From: Sminthopsis crassicaudata
Lineage: Eukaryota
DNA length: 64,000 nucleotides
Assembly (NCBI RefSeq): GCF_048593235.1
Contig: NC_133617.1
Location: 69,710,937-69,774,936 of the forward strand
Direction: 5' to 3'
In this document: piece by piece, positions 1 through 10,910 of the stretch
How positions within the stretch are numbered: the stretch's first letter is position 1
Layout: each line of letters starts with the position of its first letter
Translations under genes and position numbers: made by a program
The notes under the pieces: model-generated
What the model was told of the DNA's origin: nothing
Seen by the model: only the letters and a program-made list of their open reading frames with translations
Database searches by the model: none

Positions 1-779
1 AACTCAAATTTCATAGAGTATCCAAGTCAACTCTTACTTTTCATATATCCCCCATGGCCCAGAATGGGGACTCCAATTCTGGATTTAATACCTGAGTAGG
101 TAAATACCTCTACAACATCTAGTAAGAGGTCATTCAGCCTTTTTTATCTGCCATGATATCTACATTAGCCAGGAAAAATTGGGGGAGGGGAGGGAAAGAT
201 GAATAATGAAACATGTGGTAGAAAAGTTCCCTCTGTCCTAGTTCCCAATGTCCTCCATCCAATACTTTCCAATTTCTTTGCTGAGGGCTAAACTAAGCTT
301 AGAACAACTTTTCTGCCCTCCTTTATAACAACACAGTCCCTACATATTAAGGGACCAATCTGCAAGAAGGTGAGCCTTTGAAAACTACAGATAAATTGCT
401 TAGCCTTTCCAAGCCTCAATTTCCTCATCTATAAGATAGGGGACTAATCTTTATACTACCTGACATTTATCATCTGAGTTACCTCTTTGAACCTACCTCA
501 GTTTGCTCTTCTACAAAATGGGGATATGAATATTTTTGCTTCCAGATGCTAATTATGTCAACACTCAGATCCTTTCTCCATAAGATCAGTTATAATTTAG
601 AGCTAGAACAGACCTTAGATTATATTACAGATGAGAAAATTGAAGCAGACAGCAAGGAATGAATCTGAGGTGGGAGCTGAAACTAAGCTGTCTTTTCTTC
701 AAGTCTAGTATTCTACCATATTGCCTCATTTCCTCATCTATGGAATGGGGACCCAGCTCCTATTGCTGTTGAGAGCTTC

Positions 780-2000
780 TTTTTAATTCAACAAACATTT
801 TTCATGTCTTTGCTAGACATTGGGGACACAAAAATGACAAACATCATAGTCCCTGTTCTCGAGACACTTATGTTTACCAGCAATGACATAGGTGTACTCA
901 TGTATAATACAAAGGCAGTATAATTGGGGCAAAGGCGAGATCCATTGAGCTTGAGGAAAGTTTTCAGAAGGAGATTTTTCTTTCAGCTGGAAGAATCAGA
1001 AAAGGCTTCACAGTGGAGAGGAGCCTTGAAGAAAGAAAAGGATTTTGACAAGTAGAGATGAGGGGGGAGTGTGTTCTAGGCATGGGCCTTTTGAGTTCAG
1101 GGAATAGCTAGTGATCCAGTTAGATTGGAACATGACGCTCATGAGGAGGTATAGTGTGAAATGGAATGAAAAAGTGAATCGGATCCAGATGAGGAGAGCC
1201 TAACTGAATTCGAGGAGATGGGAGAGATCACACTGAGAACAATTAGCCATCCAGTTGGTAAAGTGGGTAAAGGAGTATAAAGTAAACCAAGGTTGGTGCC
1301 ATACAGAAGAGAACCCTAAATTCCAGACTGAGGAATTTGTATTTTGTTTGATTAACAATGGGAAGTCATTGAACACTTTTGAAAAGATTTTATCACATCA
1401 AGTCAACAAACATTTATTAAGTATCTACTCCTGTACCAGGCACTCTGCTAAGAGCTGAAGATACCAAAAAAAAAAAAAAAAAAAAGGTTTTTTGAAAGAT
1501 TGTTGCTACCCTCAAGAAGCTTATACTCTAATGGGAGAATCAATATGTAAACAACTATGTACAATCCAGAAATGTATGGAGCTGGCTGCTACTGTAGCTG
1601 TATGGAAGGATGGATTAAAGAAAGGAAGAGAATGGGAATTTGAAAGAAGAGGAGAAATTAAATGAAAGAGCAATTATTAATCATTTACTATATGGCAAGA
1701 ACGGTTCCTTGAGTGCCAGGGTTACTAGTACAAGCCAAGCAAAACAGTCCCTGCCTTCAAAGAGCTTACCTTCTAATAGCCTAAGACAGCAAATATAGGA
1801 AGCAAGAGTTGGCAGAGGGGACTTCAGGAAGGACATGAATGAGCAACATGGCTGGGAGGTGGCCAAGAAGTAGTGGCCTAGGGATTGGGTGAGATGTGAG
1901 GAGAACCTGAGCCCAGCTGTCAGAGATGAGAGAGAATAGCTAAGAGGTTATTACAGTAGCGATAAGGATCTGAGCTGGCTTGTTGGAAGGAATGAAGAGG
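780..2000 (-). mobile_element. Cluster of old L2 LINE 3'-end fragments
   Basis: Three reverse-oriented L2 tails (e.g. aacaaacatttattaagtatctactcctgtaccaggcactctgctaag at ~1405-1450) with typical degenerate L2 3' sequence. Confidence 0.7.
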
Positions 2001-2007
2001 AAAAATT

Positions 2008-2252
2008 TTGCTGTTGTTTAATAATTTCAGTTTTGTTCAACTCTTTGTGACCCCATTGGGGTTTTCTTGGCTAAGATACTGGCGTAGTTTGCCCTTTCTA
2101 TTTCTGGCTCATTTTACATATAAGGAAACTGAGGCAAATAGGGTTAAGTGACTTGCTAAGAATCATATAGTTAGTAAGTGTCTCAGGTCAGATTTGAACT
2201 CAGGAAAATGAAACTCCAGGTCCAGCACTCTGTGCACTATGGCACCACCTAG
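2008..2252 (-). mobile_element. MAR1-like marsupial CORE-SINE
   Basis: ttcaactctttgtgaccccattggggttttcttggctaagatactgg...gaggaaactgaggcaaatagggttaagtgacttg; RTE-like tail plus CORE, reversed. Confidence 0.85.
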
Positions 2253-2489
2253 TGATCCTAAGAGGAAGAATAAAAGATATGATAAAATCTTTAGTTCAAA
2301 AAATAGAAGTTATTGTTATACTGATTCAGATACAAGGATGGGGATGGGGGGGTGTCCATTCCCAGAATCAAAGCATAGTAGAAAAAAAGGTCCTCTGGAT
2401 TGAAAACCAGAGGACCTGCCTTACTCCTATAGCCCTGTCAAGTCTCTTAACTACTCTGAAGCTGTTTTCTCATCTATAATAATGGGCTT

Positions 2490-2715
2490 GGGGGAAGCTA
2501 AGTGTCAAAGTGGATAAAGTGCCAGACTTGGAATCAAGAAGTTCAAATCCAACCTCAAACACTAGCTGTGTGATCCTAGGCAAGTCATTTAACTGTGTGC
2601 CTCGGTTTCCTCATCTATAAAATAAGCTGGAAGTGGCAAATATCTTTACCAAGAAAACCTCAAAAAGGGTTATGAAGGGTTGGACACTTTCAATGTGTTC
2701 AACCTTAATAACAAT
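2490..2715 (+). mobile_element. MAR1-like CORE-SINE
   Basis: tRNA-like head (gtggataaagtgccagacttggaatcaagaagttcaaatcc), CORE (ctcggtttcctcatctataaaa) and tail (gggttatgaagggttggacac). Confidence 0.8.
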
Positions 2716-3644
2716 AACATTATTGTTATTATTAATAATAATGATGGGTTTATTAGATCACAGTAAGGAAAGAACCTCAGAGGCTATACAATTCAATTCT
2801 CATATTTTATGAATGAGGAAGCTGATGTCTAAAAAAGTTAAGTAATTTTCTTTCTTTTTTAAAAAAGTAATTTTCTAAGGTTTCACAGATAATACAGAAT
2901 TCAGATTTTAACTCAGACCCTCTGATTCCTAAGTTTATGCCTTTCATCACTAATATTTCTATAGTGATTTCAGTTTACGAAACACTTATCTGTATTGCCT
3001 TTTTTAACCTTGCAATCCTATAAATATTTTGCAAATGAGAAAACAGAGGTTTGTAAGAGGTTCAATGCCTTATCTAACATGCAGCCAGTAACCGGCTAAG
3101 GCAGAATTCAAATTCACATCTTCCTGGCACCAGGTTCAATACTCTAGCCAGTATCAAAGTGGAAGACCTTCACAGAGGACCTTTTCAGCTCTGAATCTCT
3201 GATTCTATGATTGCTTTACTGGCTCATAGCTTTTCTTCTGCCTACTCCAGTCCTGGGCCTCTCTAGCTACAAGCTATCCCTCCCTGACTTGTTGCAGGAA
3301 ACGCTGCCCCTACGTGTTTTTCCCTAATAAGAGGCTCCAGCCTACTTCCCCTCCAGTGGAGCAAGTCAAGAACTAGTCAGCCCTTGGCGCCAGGTGCAAG
3401 GCCCTGAGCCTGAAACTGGAAGAAGCAGGCATCTAGGAAGGCGCCCATGTCTGACTCTTTCCCCTTCTCAAACCCCAATCTCCCCTCCTACCACTGTTCA
3501 GCATCCTCTGACCCTGGGCTCCTATGGGAAGGTTGGAGAGTGGGAAAAGTGCCCATCTATACATAGCAAAATGTCTTTTTTTGGAGGGGAGGAAAGGCCC
3601 ACCCCACAATTCAAATGTTTCTCTTATTATCTTCTGCTGAGGGG

Positions 3645-3822
3645 AAAAAATTAATAACACGGTGCAATATAAAATACTAAATTAAAGGCATTTTGGAACC
3701 AGCAATTATTTCATAAGCTCTTCTTTTATTGCTGCTCTAATGTGCCTAATTGCTGTCTTAATGAGGACATTAATTTCCAGCTAATGTGATGTTATTATAG
3801 AAATTGCAGTCAATCTTTTAAA
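3645..3822. promoter_or_regulatory. Candidate conserved non-coding element, homeodomain-site cluster
   Basis: Unique non-repeat sequence with about 8 TAAT/ATTA cores (ctaatg, ctaattg, ttaatg, attaatt) in ~180 bp. Confidence 0.5.
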
Positions 3823-4589
3823 AAGGGGGGAAAGTGCTAGAAAGCTGTCCCGAGAGAGGGGGGCTCTGGTCACCCTAGGGACTGAGGGATGGGCTAGAGA
3901 AGGGAGCCTTGGCCCAAGGTTGGGATCAGGAGAGAAGCAAAAGAGGACACCAGGAGGAGAGCTGGCAAGGGATTACATATGGCAGTATATGTTTGTGCCC
4001 AGGGGGGCCACTGAAAATGGCTAGCCAAGGGAACAGGCCAAGGATGTGCAGCCATTCTATTTAGCATGGGGAGAATGGTGAAAATAATGAGAGATCAAAA
4101 GGAGCTCTCTGTTTAGAAAGAGTTATACAGATGGGTTTGTTCACCCAGAAAGTGAATCTGTATCATGATCTACCCACATATCCATTTAACCACAAAAGAC
4201 TTCAGGAGCTTTGGGGAAGGAGAAGGGAAGTCTAATGGATGGGACTGGGCCTCTCAACTCTTAGAGTTGTTTTTCTGACTCTGATTTGTTCTCGAGTCAC
4301 AGAACCTGGATTCAAATCTCATCTTAACTGTGTGATTTGGAGCAAATCATTTAACCTGCTGGGCCCTCAGTTTCCTCCTCTAGTAAAATAGAGAAGCTGG
4401 ATCAGAGAGCTATTTTGAGTTCTCTTCCAATTCTACATATGGGAGACTATGAAAATGAGAAGAAAATGGCCTTTTCCACTCTCTCAAGCATGTTGTATTG
4501 GGAAAGGTGGACCCTAACCTCATTGAACAGAGTGCCCAAATCCCAAAGGATAGGGCAGAAGTTCTTAAAGAGAGACCTATGAATTTATT

Positions 4590-4752
4590 ATTTAAATATT
4601 TTGATGATTAAATTTCATTATAGTTGGCTTCCTTTGTAACCCTACCTATTTTATTTTGTGCCTTCAAAAACATTCTGAGGTGTCCACAGGCTTCAGTAGG
4701 CTACCAATAGGATCCATAAAATTAAAAAAAAAAATCAAGAAGTTCCAGTTTA
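4590..4752 (-). mobile_element. Charlie4z-like hAT MITE remnant
   Basis: ttcctttgtaaccctacctattttattttgtgccttcaaaaacattctgag...tccacaggcttca...ggatccat resembles the Charlie4 short-element consensus as I recall it. Confidence 0.55.
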
Positions 4753-5879
4753 GGAAGCTATACTTAGGGGGAAGCAACTTCTGAGGATAAATTTCTTTGG
4801 ACCAGAGCTTCATTCCAGTGTATCAAGAACAAGATGAATGGGGTTTTCCCTTGTGCCCAACTACAAATATCTGCTTATCATCCCTCTTTCCCCTAGGGCT
4901 CTTTGTCAAGTTCAGGACCCAAAGTTGCTCCTGTTTCATCCTCTATCACTTAAGCTGCAAAGACATAGAATTCACATCAAAGACTTCTTCCCAAAGAGAA
5001 TAAAGAGGTATTAGGGGACAGGAACATTGAGAAGAATGAAGGGAAAAAATACAGGAAGAGAAGAAAAGAGAAGGAGGGAAATAAAAGTGGGGAAAAGATT
5101 ATACACTTAGTGGTGTCTCTATCCTTAGTAGACCCCAGATTAAAGTAGCTTTTGGAAACCAGGATTCTTGGGTACAATATTGAGGGGGAAATTATGTAGC
5201 AAAGAAAAGTAACTATAGGAAATCAATAAAGTATAGTGGAAAGAATGCTGAATTTGGAATCCAAGTTACTGGACTCAAGCCCTAAGTTCCCCTAATCACC
5301 ATGGATACCATCTTGGTCCAGTTACTTCCCCTCACGTTCTCAAAAATCCTCCCTTCAAAATAGCAAGATTGTATTAGTCAACTTCTAAAGTCCCTTCCAC
5401 CTCAAAATTCTGTGATCCACTTTCCCAAGTTTTTTCTTGAGTACAATGGCGTGGGTGTGTATCACTGTTCTGAGCCCATCTCCATCTCTGAAGCTGCTCT
5501 GGGGGAAGGGAGGAGGAAGTGTGAAATGTTCTTTCCACTTCAGGGCAATAAGTTGGTTACCACAGTGTTACTTCTCAATTTCCCCGTACTTACTCTTCAC
5601 TACTTCCATAATTTACTCATGAAGTTACCAGACCTGAGAGTCTTTTGACTCTGAAATAACCCCCAATACTTCTTGGAAACATCTTCAGAGTTCCTTTGTG
5701 GTTCCTCCTCAGTGACTCCATAGATGACTCCCCCATCCCCTGGCCATGTTGTCTCATCTAGAAAATTCTCAGTTACATGACTAATTTATATAAAATCTTA
5801 CCTCCTAACTCAGCTTTAATGGTTATTAATAGTTCCCTGATTTGTGACTAAGAAAGGACATGTCATTGTAATAATACTT

Positions 5880-5996
5880 AGAGAAGTAATGGATAGGGCT
5901 CCAGCTCTGGAGTCAGGAGGACCTGAGTTCAAATATGGCCTCACACACACTTGGGCAAGTCACTTAATCCCAAATGCCTCCAAAGAAGAGAAAAAA
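5880..5996 (+). mobile_element. WSINE1-like short SINE
   Basis: ggatagggctccagctctggagtcaggaggacctgagttcaaat...gggcaagtcacttaatcccaaatgcctcc followed by an A-rich tail. Confidence 0.75.
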
Positions 5997-6439
5997 TACT
6001 TAGTTGGATGGCTACAATGGGTCTCAGCTTTCTCATTTACAGTAAGGAAGTAGATTAAGCAATGTCTAAAGACCCTTTCAGGACAGAGACGTGACAGCAA
6101 GCATGTAGTCAGAAGATTAAAGGTCATAACTCTGCTACTGTCTATATGCCTTTTAACCAATCATTTGAATCTTAGCTTCCAAAATACCTAAAATAAAGGG
6201 ATTGAATGTGATCACCACATAATTAATGTCCTTTCCAACTTTTAAATCTATGGTCCTGTTATCCATTGGGGAGGAGAGAGAGTTCAGGGATTAACTCCTA
6301 CCCTGGCCTTATAAATCCAGGAGCCAGGAAAGTGGATAGAGAGAAGGTACTTTTGGAGGGAGGTTTACTGGTATGAAGAACAGGCCTTGCATCTACAAGC
6401 ATAGCCCATAACTTCATGAGATTTAGAAACAGACCAGTC

Positions 6440-6670
6440 AATTAATAGGCATTTATTAAGCACTTACTATGTACCAGGCACTGTGCTAAATCCCCAGGAT
6501 ATAAAGGCAAGAACAGTCCTGTTCTCAAGGAACTCACATTCCACTATGGAAACAACAGGCAAGAAGGATGCACACAAGATATAGAGTGTATATGGGAAGT
6601 AATGGAAGAGAGAAGGTACTAGCAGAGGAGGAGGAGGGGGAACAAGGAGAGGTTTCTTATAAAAGGTGGT
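6440..6670 (-). mobile_element. L2 3' end
   Basis: gcatttattaagcacttactatgtaccaggcactgtgctaaat is the reversed L2 terminus. Confidence 0.75.
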
Positions 6671-7176
6671 ATTTGACCCCAGTTAAAAGGTAGGGCAGAG
6701 TGAAAACTGAGATTCAGAAAATTTCAGACTTTCTCAAGGTTCCCCAGGAAGAATGTAGCCACATAGTGATATGCTTCTGGACAGATGTTTAGATTCCTTC
6801 TTAGATGTTTTTCCCACTTCGCCAGAGCCATCTAGGTGACCCTCCTGGACTCCTAAGACTGCTGCTAGGTCTCAGGGATATTTCCTCCTTTGTCCAGAGG
6901 TCCCAGATCCTTCATCCTAGGCCTTAGATCCCCTCTAAAGGATAAAGAAGAGACTAGACTTGTTCATTACCCATGCTGCAGGGGACCTGGGGGGAGGGGG
7001 GATCTGGGGACCTGAATTAGGGAAGCCACATCCTAAGGAGAACATGGAGATGGAGTAGAGGTCAGGGATCTAAAGTGTAAGACTGAGACTCTGCAGTGGG
7101 CCACACGTGAACCTGGGCCCCTTCTGCATCCGCCCTCCCTGTATCCCAGGGAAACTGAAGAGCAGCTTAGCTCTGG

Positions 7177-7190
7177 GTTGCCATGGCAAC
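7177..7190. promoter_or_regulatory. Perfect RFX X-box palindrome
   Basis: GTTGCCATGGCAAC, an exact 14-bp palindrome equal to the RFX consensus. Confidence 0.7.
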
Positions 7191-7989
7191 TGCCACAAAG
7201 AATTTTGGGGAATGACACCCCGGGGGCATGAAGACCAAGCTGTGAGCTCTCAGTTCTAAGCTTTTGTCATGCCAGACTGGGGGTCTGGCAGGCCAGGGAG
7301 AGAGAGTGCCTCCCAGACCCCACTTGTCTCAGAAAAATACAGGAAAGTCTAAACAGTGCCCTGCTCCCCCTTGTCCTGGGACCTAGCTTTCCATCAGCCT
7401 TGATGTGTGCCCCCTCTTCAGGGTCAGCTGCCCCTTTCTCAGGCCTCTGGATGTTCAAAAACATGGACATTGCCAACCGTTAACCCATTAATTTCTTCCT
7501 GAAGACGGAACCTGAAAAGGAGGAAAGGAAAAAGGGACAGAGGTTTTAATTTTATTCCCTTTTCTGAGATGGTGAACATATGGATCTGCTCTCTTCCCCT
7601 TTCCTCCACAAAAAGTTGTTGGGGGAGGGAACTTGGGGTGACAGGAGGGAGCATGGAGAGAGAAGCTTTAGGAAACAGGATTCCCTTTTTTCCTTCAGTC
7701 TTTTCAAAATGACCCCATGGGAAATAGGGGTGGTAGTGGTGATCACTGTCCTTTGCTACCCCCACAGACTCAGCCTACTCCCACCCCCACTACACACTGA
7801 CTAGTTTAGCCCCATTCTTCCCTTCCCCCAGGCCTACCCCAAAGCTGTGAGACCTTGGAAATTGATGGATGAGATGGATAAGATGTTATCACCAGGGAAA
7901 AGAAAAGAAATAAAAATCCACAAGAAACTGCCATATAGCTGGCCCCCCTGCTTCTCTCCCCTTGTTTTCCCAACATCGCCAGGAGAGCT

Positions 7990-8180
7990 GAAAAGCGAGT
8001 GTGTGGTGACGGCAGATTTTTTTTTTTAATCTGTTAATAAAACGCAAGTGAATCAAATCTGCTTGGAGGGAAGAGGGGGGGGAGTTAGGGGCTGGGGTGT
8101 TTGCAGAAGTTGGAAATTTAATAAGAAGAAAAATAAAAATAGCCACTGTGCTCAAGACAGAGACAGTGCTCTGCATGGCT
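7990..8180. promoter_or_regulatory. Candidate conserved enhancer element
   Basis: Unique sequence with TAATCT, GTTAATAAAA, TGAATCA, near-MEF2 ATAAAAATAG, retained CpGs and an 8-bp inverted repeat gcagattt/aaatctgc (8012-8019, 8055-8062). Confidence 0.5.
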
Positions 8181-9049
8181 GGAGAAAGGGGGAGAGAGAA
8201 ATTCTGACTTCAGAGAAATCAGGTATTGGGGTTTTGTGAGCTAAATCAAGGGGTGACTGAAAAGATGGGATTGAGAAGGGAAAGTATTAGAGGCTAGGAT
8301 AATAGGATTAATGTCTTTGAGGGACATTAGAGATGATTTCCTCCAATCCCTTCATTTTACAGATGAGAAAACTGAGTCTAGGCAATATAAAAGAATATAG
8401 CCGCTTGGGGAGAGGATATCTACATCTGTACAGGGAAAATTCATGCCACAGCCCAATAGTTTCCTGGCCCGAGAAGCCCCAGCTCTTCCTGGACCTGAAC
8501 ATTGGGTTGGGGGTGAGGAATGAGAGATTTAGTTTAGAGTCAGATCTTCTCTTTGGCTCCCAGACTAAGGAGCCCAGGGCCTCACAGTACTCTCATAGGG
8601 TCCTGGATGTTGAACTTGGACGGACATTATAGATCAGCCAGTCCAGTCCTCTCTCTACAGATGAGGAAACGAGCTCCAGCAGACTTGACCCAAATTATAG
8701 AGGGACTAAGAGGTAGAGTTAGGGACGGCCCAGGAAGGGAAAGAACAAAGATTCCAAACTAATGACCAGCTGGATCTCTCTCTGTATGTTATTATCAGAC
8801 ACTGAATTCAATAGAGCCGGGTCCCGGATGTCGGATCTCACCAATGCACTCCGGCCTTGAGGCTTCCTAAGTTTTGTTAACCCCTCGGAAAGCCCACAGC
8901 CACAAGCCGCACCCATTCAAAGCTGAGGCTCCCGTGGGTTCATCCTCATTGACATTGAGGTCTTTGACAGGACTGGGACAGCACCGCCCTCTACCGGCCC
9001 TTACTGTCCAGCACAGGACAGGGGTCAGAGGTTTTCGGGCCCCACGCTG

Positions 9050-9960
9050 ATCATGGGGTTGAACCAGAAAAGATTTTAGAGATCCTCTAACTTTGGTCCA
9101 GTCACTTTATCCCTACGAATAAGGAAATTAAGGCCGAATAAGGTCAAGAGGCTCATCAGCGGCCACGCAGTTGGTGACCAGCAGAGGGGGGATGAGAATC
9201 TCCCCCGACCCCAAATCTGACGCTCTTCAGCCCGGGGGATGGTTAGGGGCGTGGCTTTGCTTTTAACTGGCGTTATCTTGACCGTGCTCCCTACCCCCGT
9301 GTAACCTTGTGGAAAGTCACCAGGCTGGGCCCCAGCTTCCTCAGCTTCCTCATCCTCTCCCTGGAGGCTGGGACTGATTATCTCTACGGTCCCTTCCAGC
9401 TCTCCAGGCCACAATCCTACCCCAGGGCCACAGTCCGGGAATCCCGGGCTAACGGCCTTCCTAGGGATGCTCCGGAGCTTGGGCTGGGTCGCTCTGGATC
9501 ATTTATATTCGGCTTCGGGACAGAGAAGCCTCCGGGTGAGGGGGCCGGTACGGGTGTGGCGTGGAGCGTGGGGAGGGGCGCGGAGCCGGGGCGGCCCCCG
9601 GCCTCCGGCCTCTCCCCGGTCCCGGCTCGTGCGCAGCGCGCCGTCCCCACCCCGTATGGCTATAACGAGACGGCGCAGCCACGGCGGGTCCCCCGACGCG
9701 GGGAAGTCGGCGCAGGCGGTGTGATTGATGGTTTAATATCGCGAGCTGTGACCCAGCGCCCCCCCTCCCCACCCACGCCGCGGCAGGCGGCCCCCGAGCG
9801 CTGGCGAAAGCGCCGGGATTGAATAATTCAGTTACCAAAAAGGGAAAGAGGAAGCCGGGAAGAGAGACGCGCATGCCTTCAAGTGAACCGGGGGAGGGCT
9901 GCGTTGGGGAGACTGAGGTTGAGTCTGAGATGGAGAATCAAGGATTCGTGGGGTTCCTGA
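9050..9960. promoter_or_regulatory. CpG island
   Basis: Sharp rise in GC and CpG density (many cgcg, ccgg, gcgc) against a CpG-depleted AT-rich background. Confidence 0.9.
9722..9731 (+). promoter_or_regulatory. Pbx-Hox bipartite site
   Basis: TGATTGATGG matches TGATNNAT consensus, in an AT-rich patch (tgattgatggtttaatatc) inside the CpG island. Confidence 0.55.
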
Positions 9961-10689
9961 GGCTCAGAAAAACTCCACTCCTAAGTGACAGTCGGGATTT
10001 GAATCCAAGTCTTCTGACTGCAAGTCCAAGTCCCTTTCCATCACCTTACATTTCCAGGAAGGGCCGTACATTTTGGGGGGTGGGGCGCTGAGGGAGGGGG
10101 AAGGTAACCCGAAAGCTCAGGTTTCCAGATCCCCTCCCCCCACCCCACTCCTTTCAAGAGCAGACATTCCTGAAGCTGGGAACTGGCTCCCGTCCTTCTG
10201 CTTCCCAGTGGTTGTGAATGGAGGGGGCCAGATGCCTGAGTTTACCAACAGTGTTGGCAAGAGCCGTGATTTAGAGCAAGGATAGAGAAGGGGCTTTAAC
10301 TGCCTGGATACGCGCTTAACTTTGCCCTGGTTTCTTAGGGCTTGGCAAGGGGTTAGGGCTAACAGGGCAGATCAAGAACTGAGGGGACTGAGCCTCTGGC
10401 CCAACTGGAATAACAAGGACACTGAGCACAGAGGCAAGGATTGAAGGTCAAGGCCTTGGCAACCCCAGAAGAAGGCATAGAGATGGACAACCTGGAAGAG
10501 GGAGAGAACAGGAGAGAGAATAAAGGCTAAGCAGAGAGCAGATCATGAGAAGGTCATCATTATTTGGGCTAAAAAGGAAAACCCCCAGCAAATGGAGACT
10601 CAACCTTTTCACCCTTTTCATGAATAGTCATAAAATTAAAATTTGAAAGGAGTCTTAGACCTACTTAGTTCAACCCCTTTATTTTATGA

Positions 10690-10910
10690 ACAGTTAGGTG
10701 GCACAGTGGATAGAGAGAGGCCCCAGGTGTGGTGTCGAGAAGACCTGAGATCAGATTCCTAGCCGTGTGACTTTAGACAAGTCCCTTAACCCTGTTTGCT
10801 GGTTTCCTCATCTGTAAAATAAAATGGAGAAGGAAGTGGCAAACACGTCAGGATCTTCGCCAAGAACATCCCTAATGAGGTCACTTGGAGCTGGACACGA
10901 CTGAAAATGA
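10690..10910 (+). mobile_element. MAR1-like CORE-SINE
   Basis: ttaggtggcacagtggatagag...tttcctcatctgtaaaataaaatggagaaggaagtggcaaac...ggacacgactgaaaatgac. Confidence 0.85.

Noticed and set aside
6300-6330. TATA-like ttataaat
   Set aside because: Common by chance in AT-rich DNA; no supporting initiator or exon
9076-10091. Overlapping ORFs in the CpG island (up to 171 aa)
   Set aside because: GC-rich DNA lacks stop codons; peptides are R/G/P/A-rich with no recognisable family
10103-10119. DR5 RARE-like GGTAAC-ccgaa-AGCTCA resembling the Hoxa1 3' RARE as I recall it
   Set aside because: Both half-sites deviate from RG(G/T)TCA; too degenerate to call without conservation data
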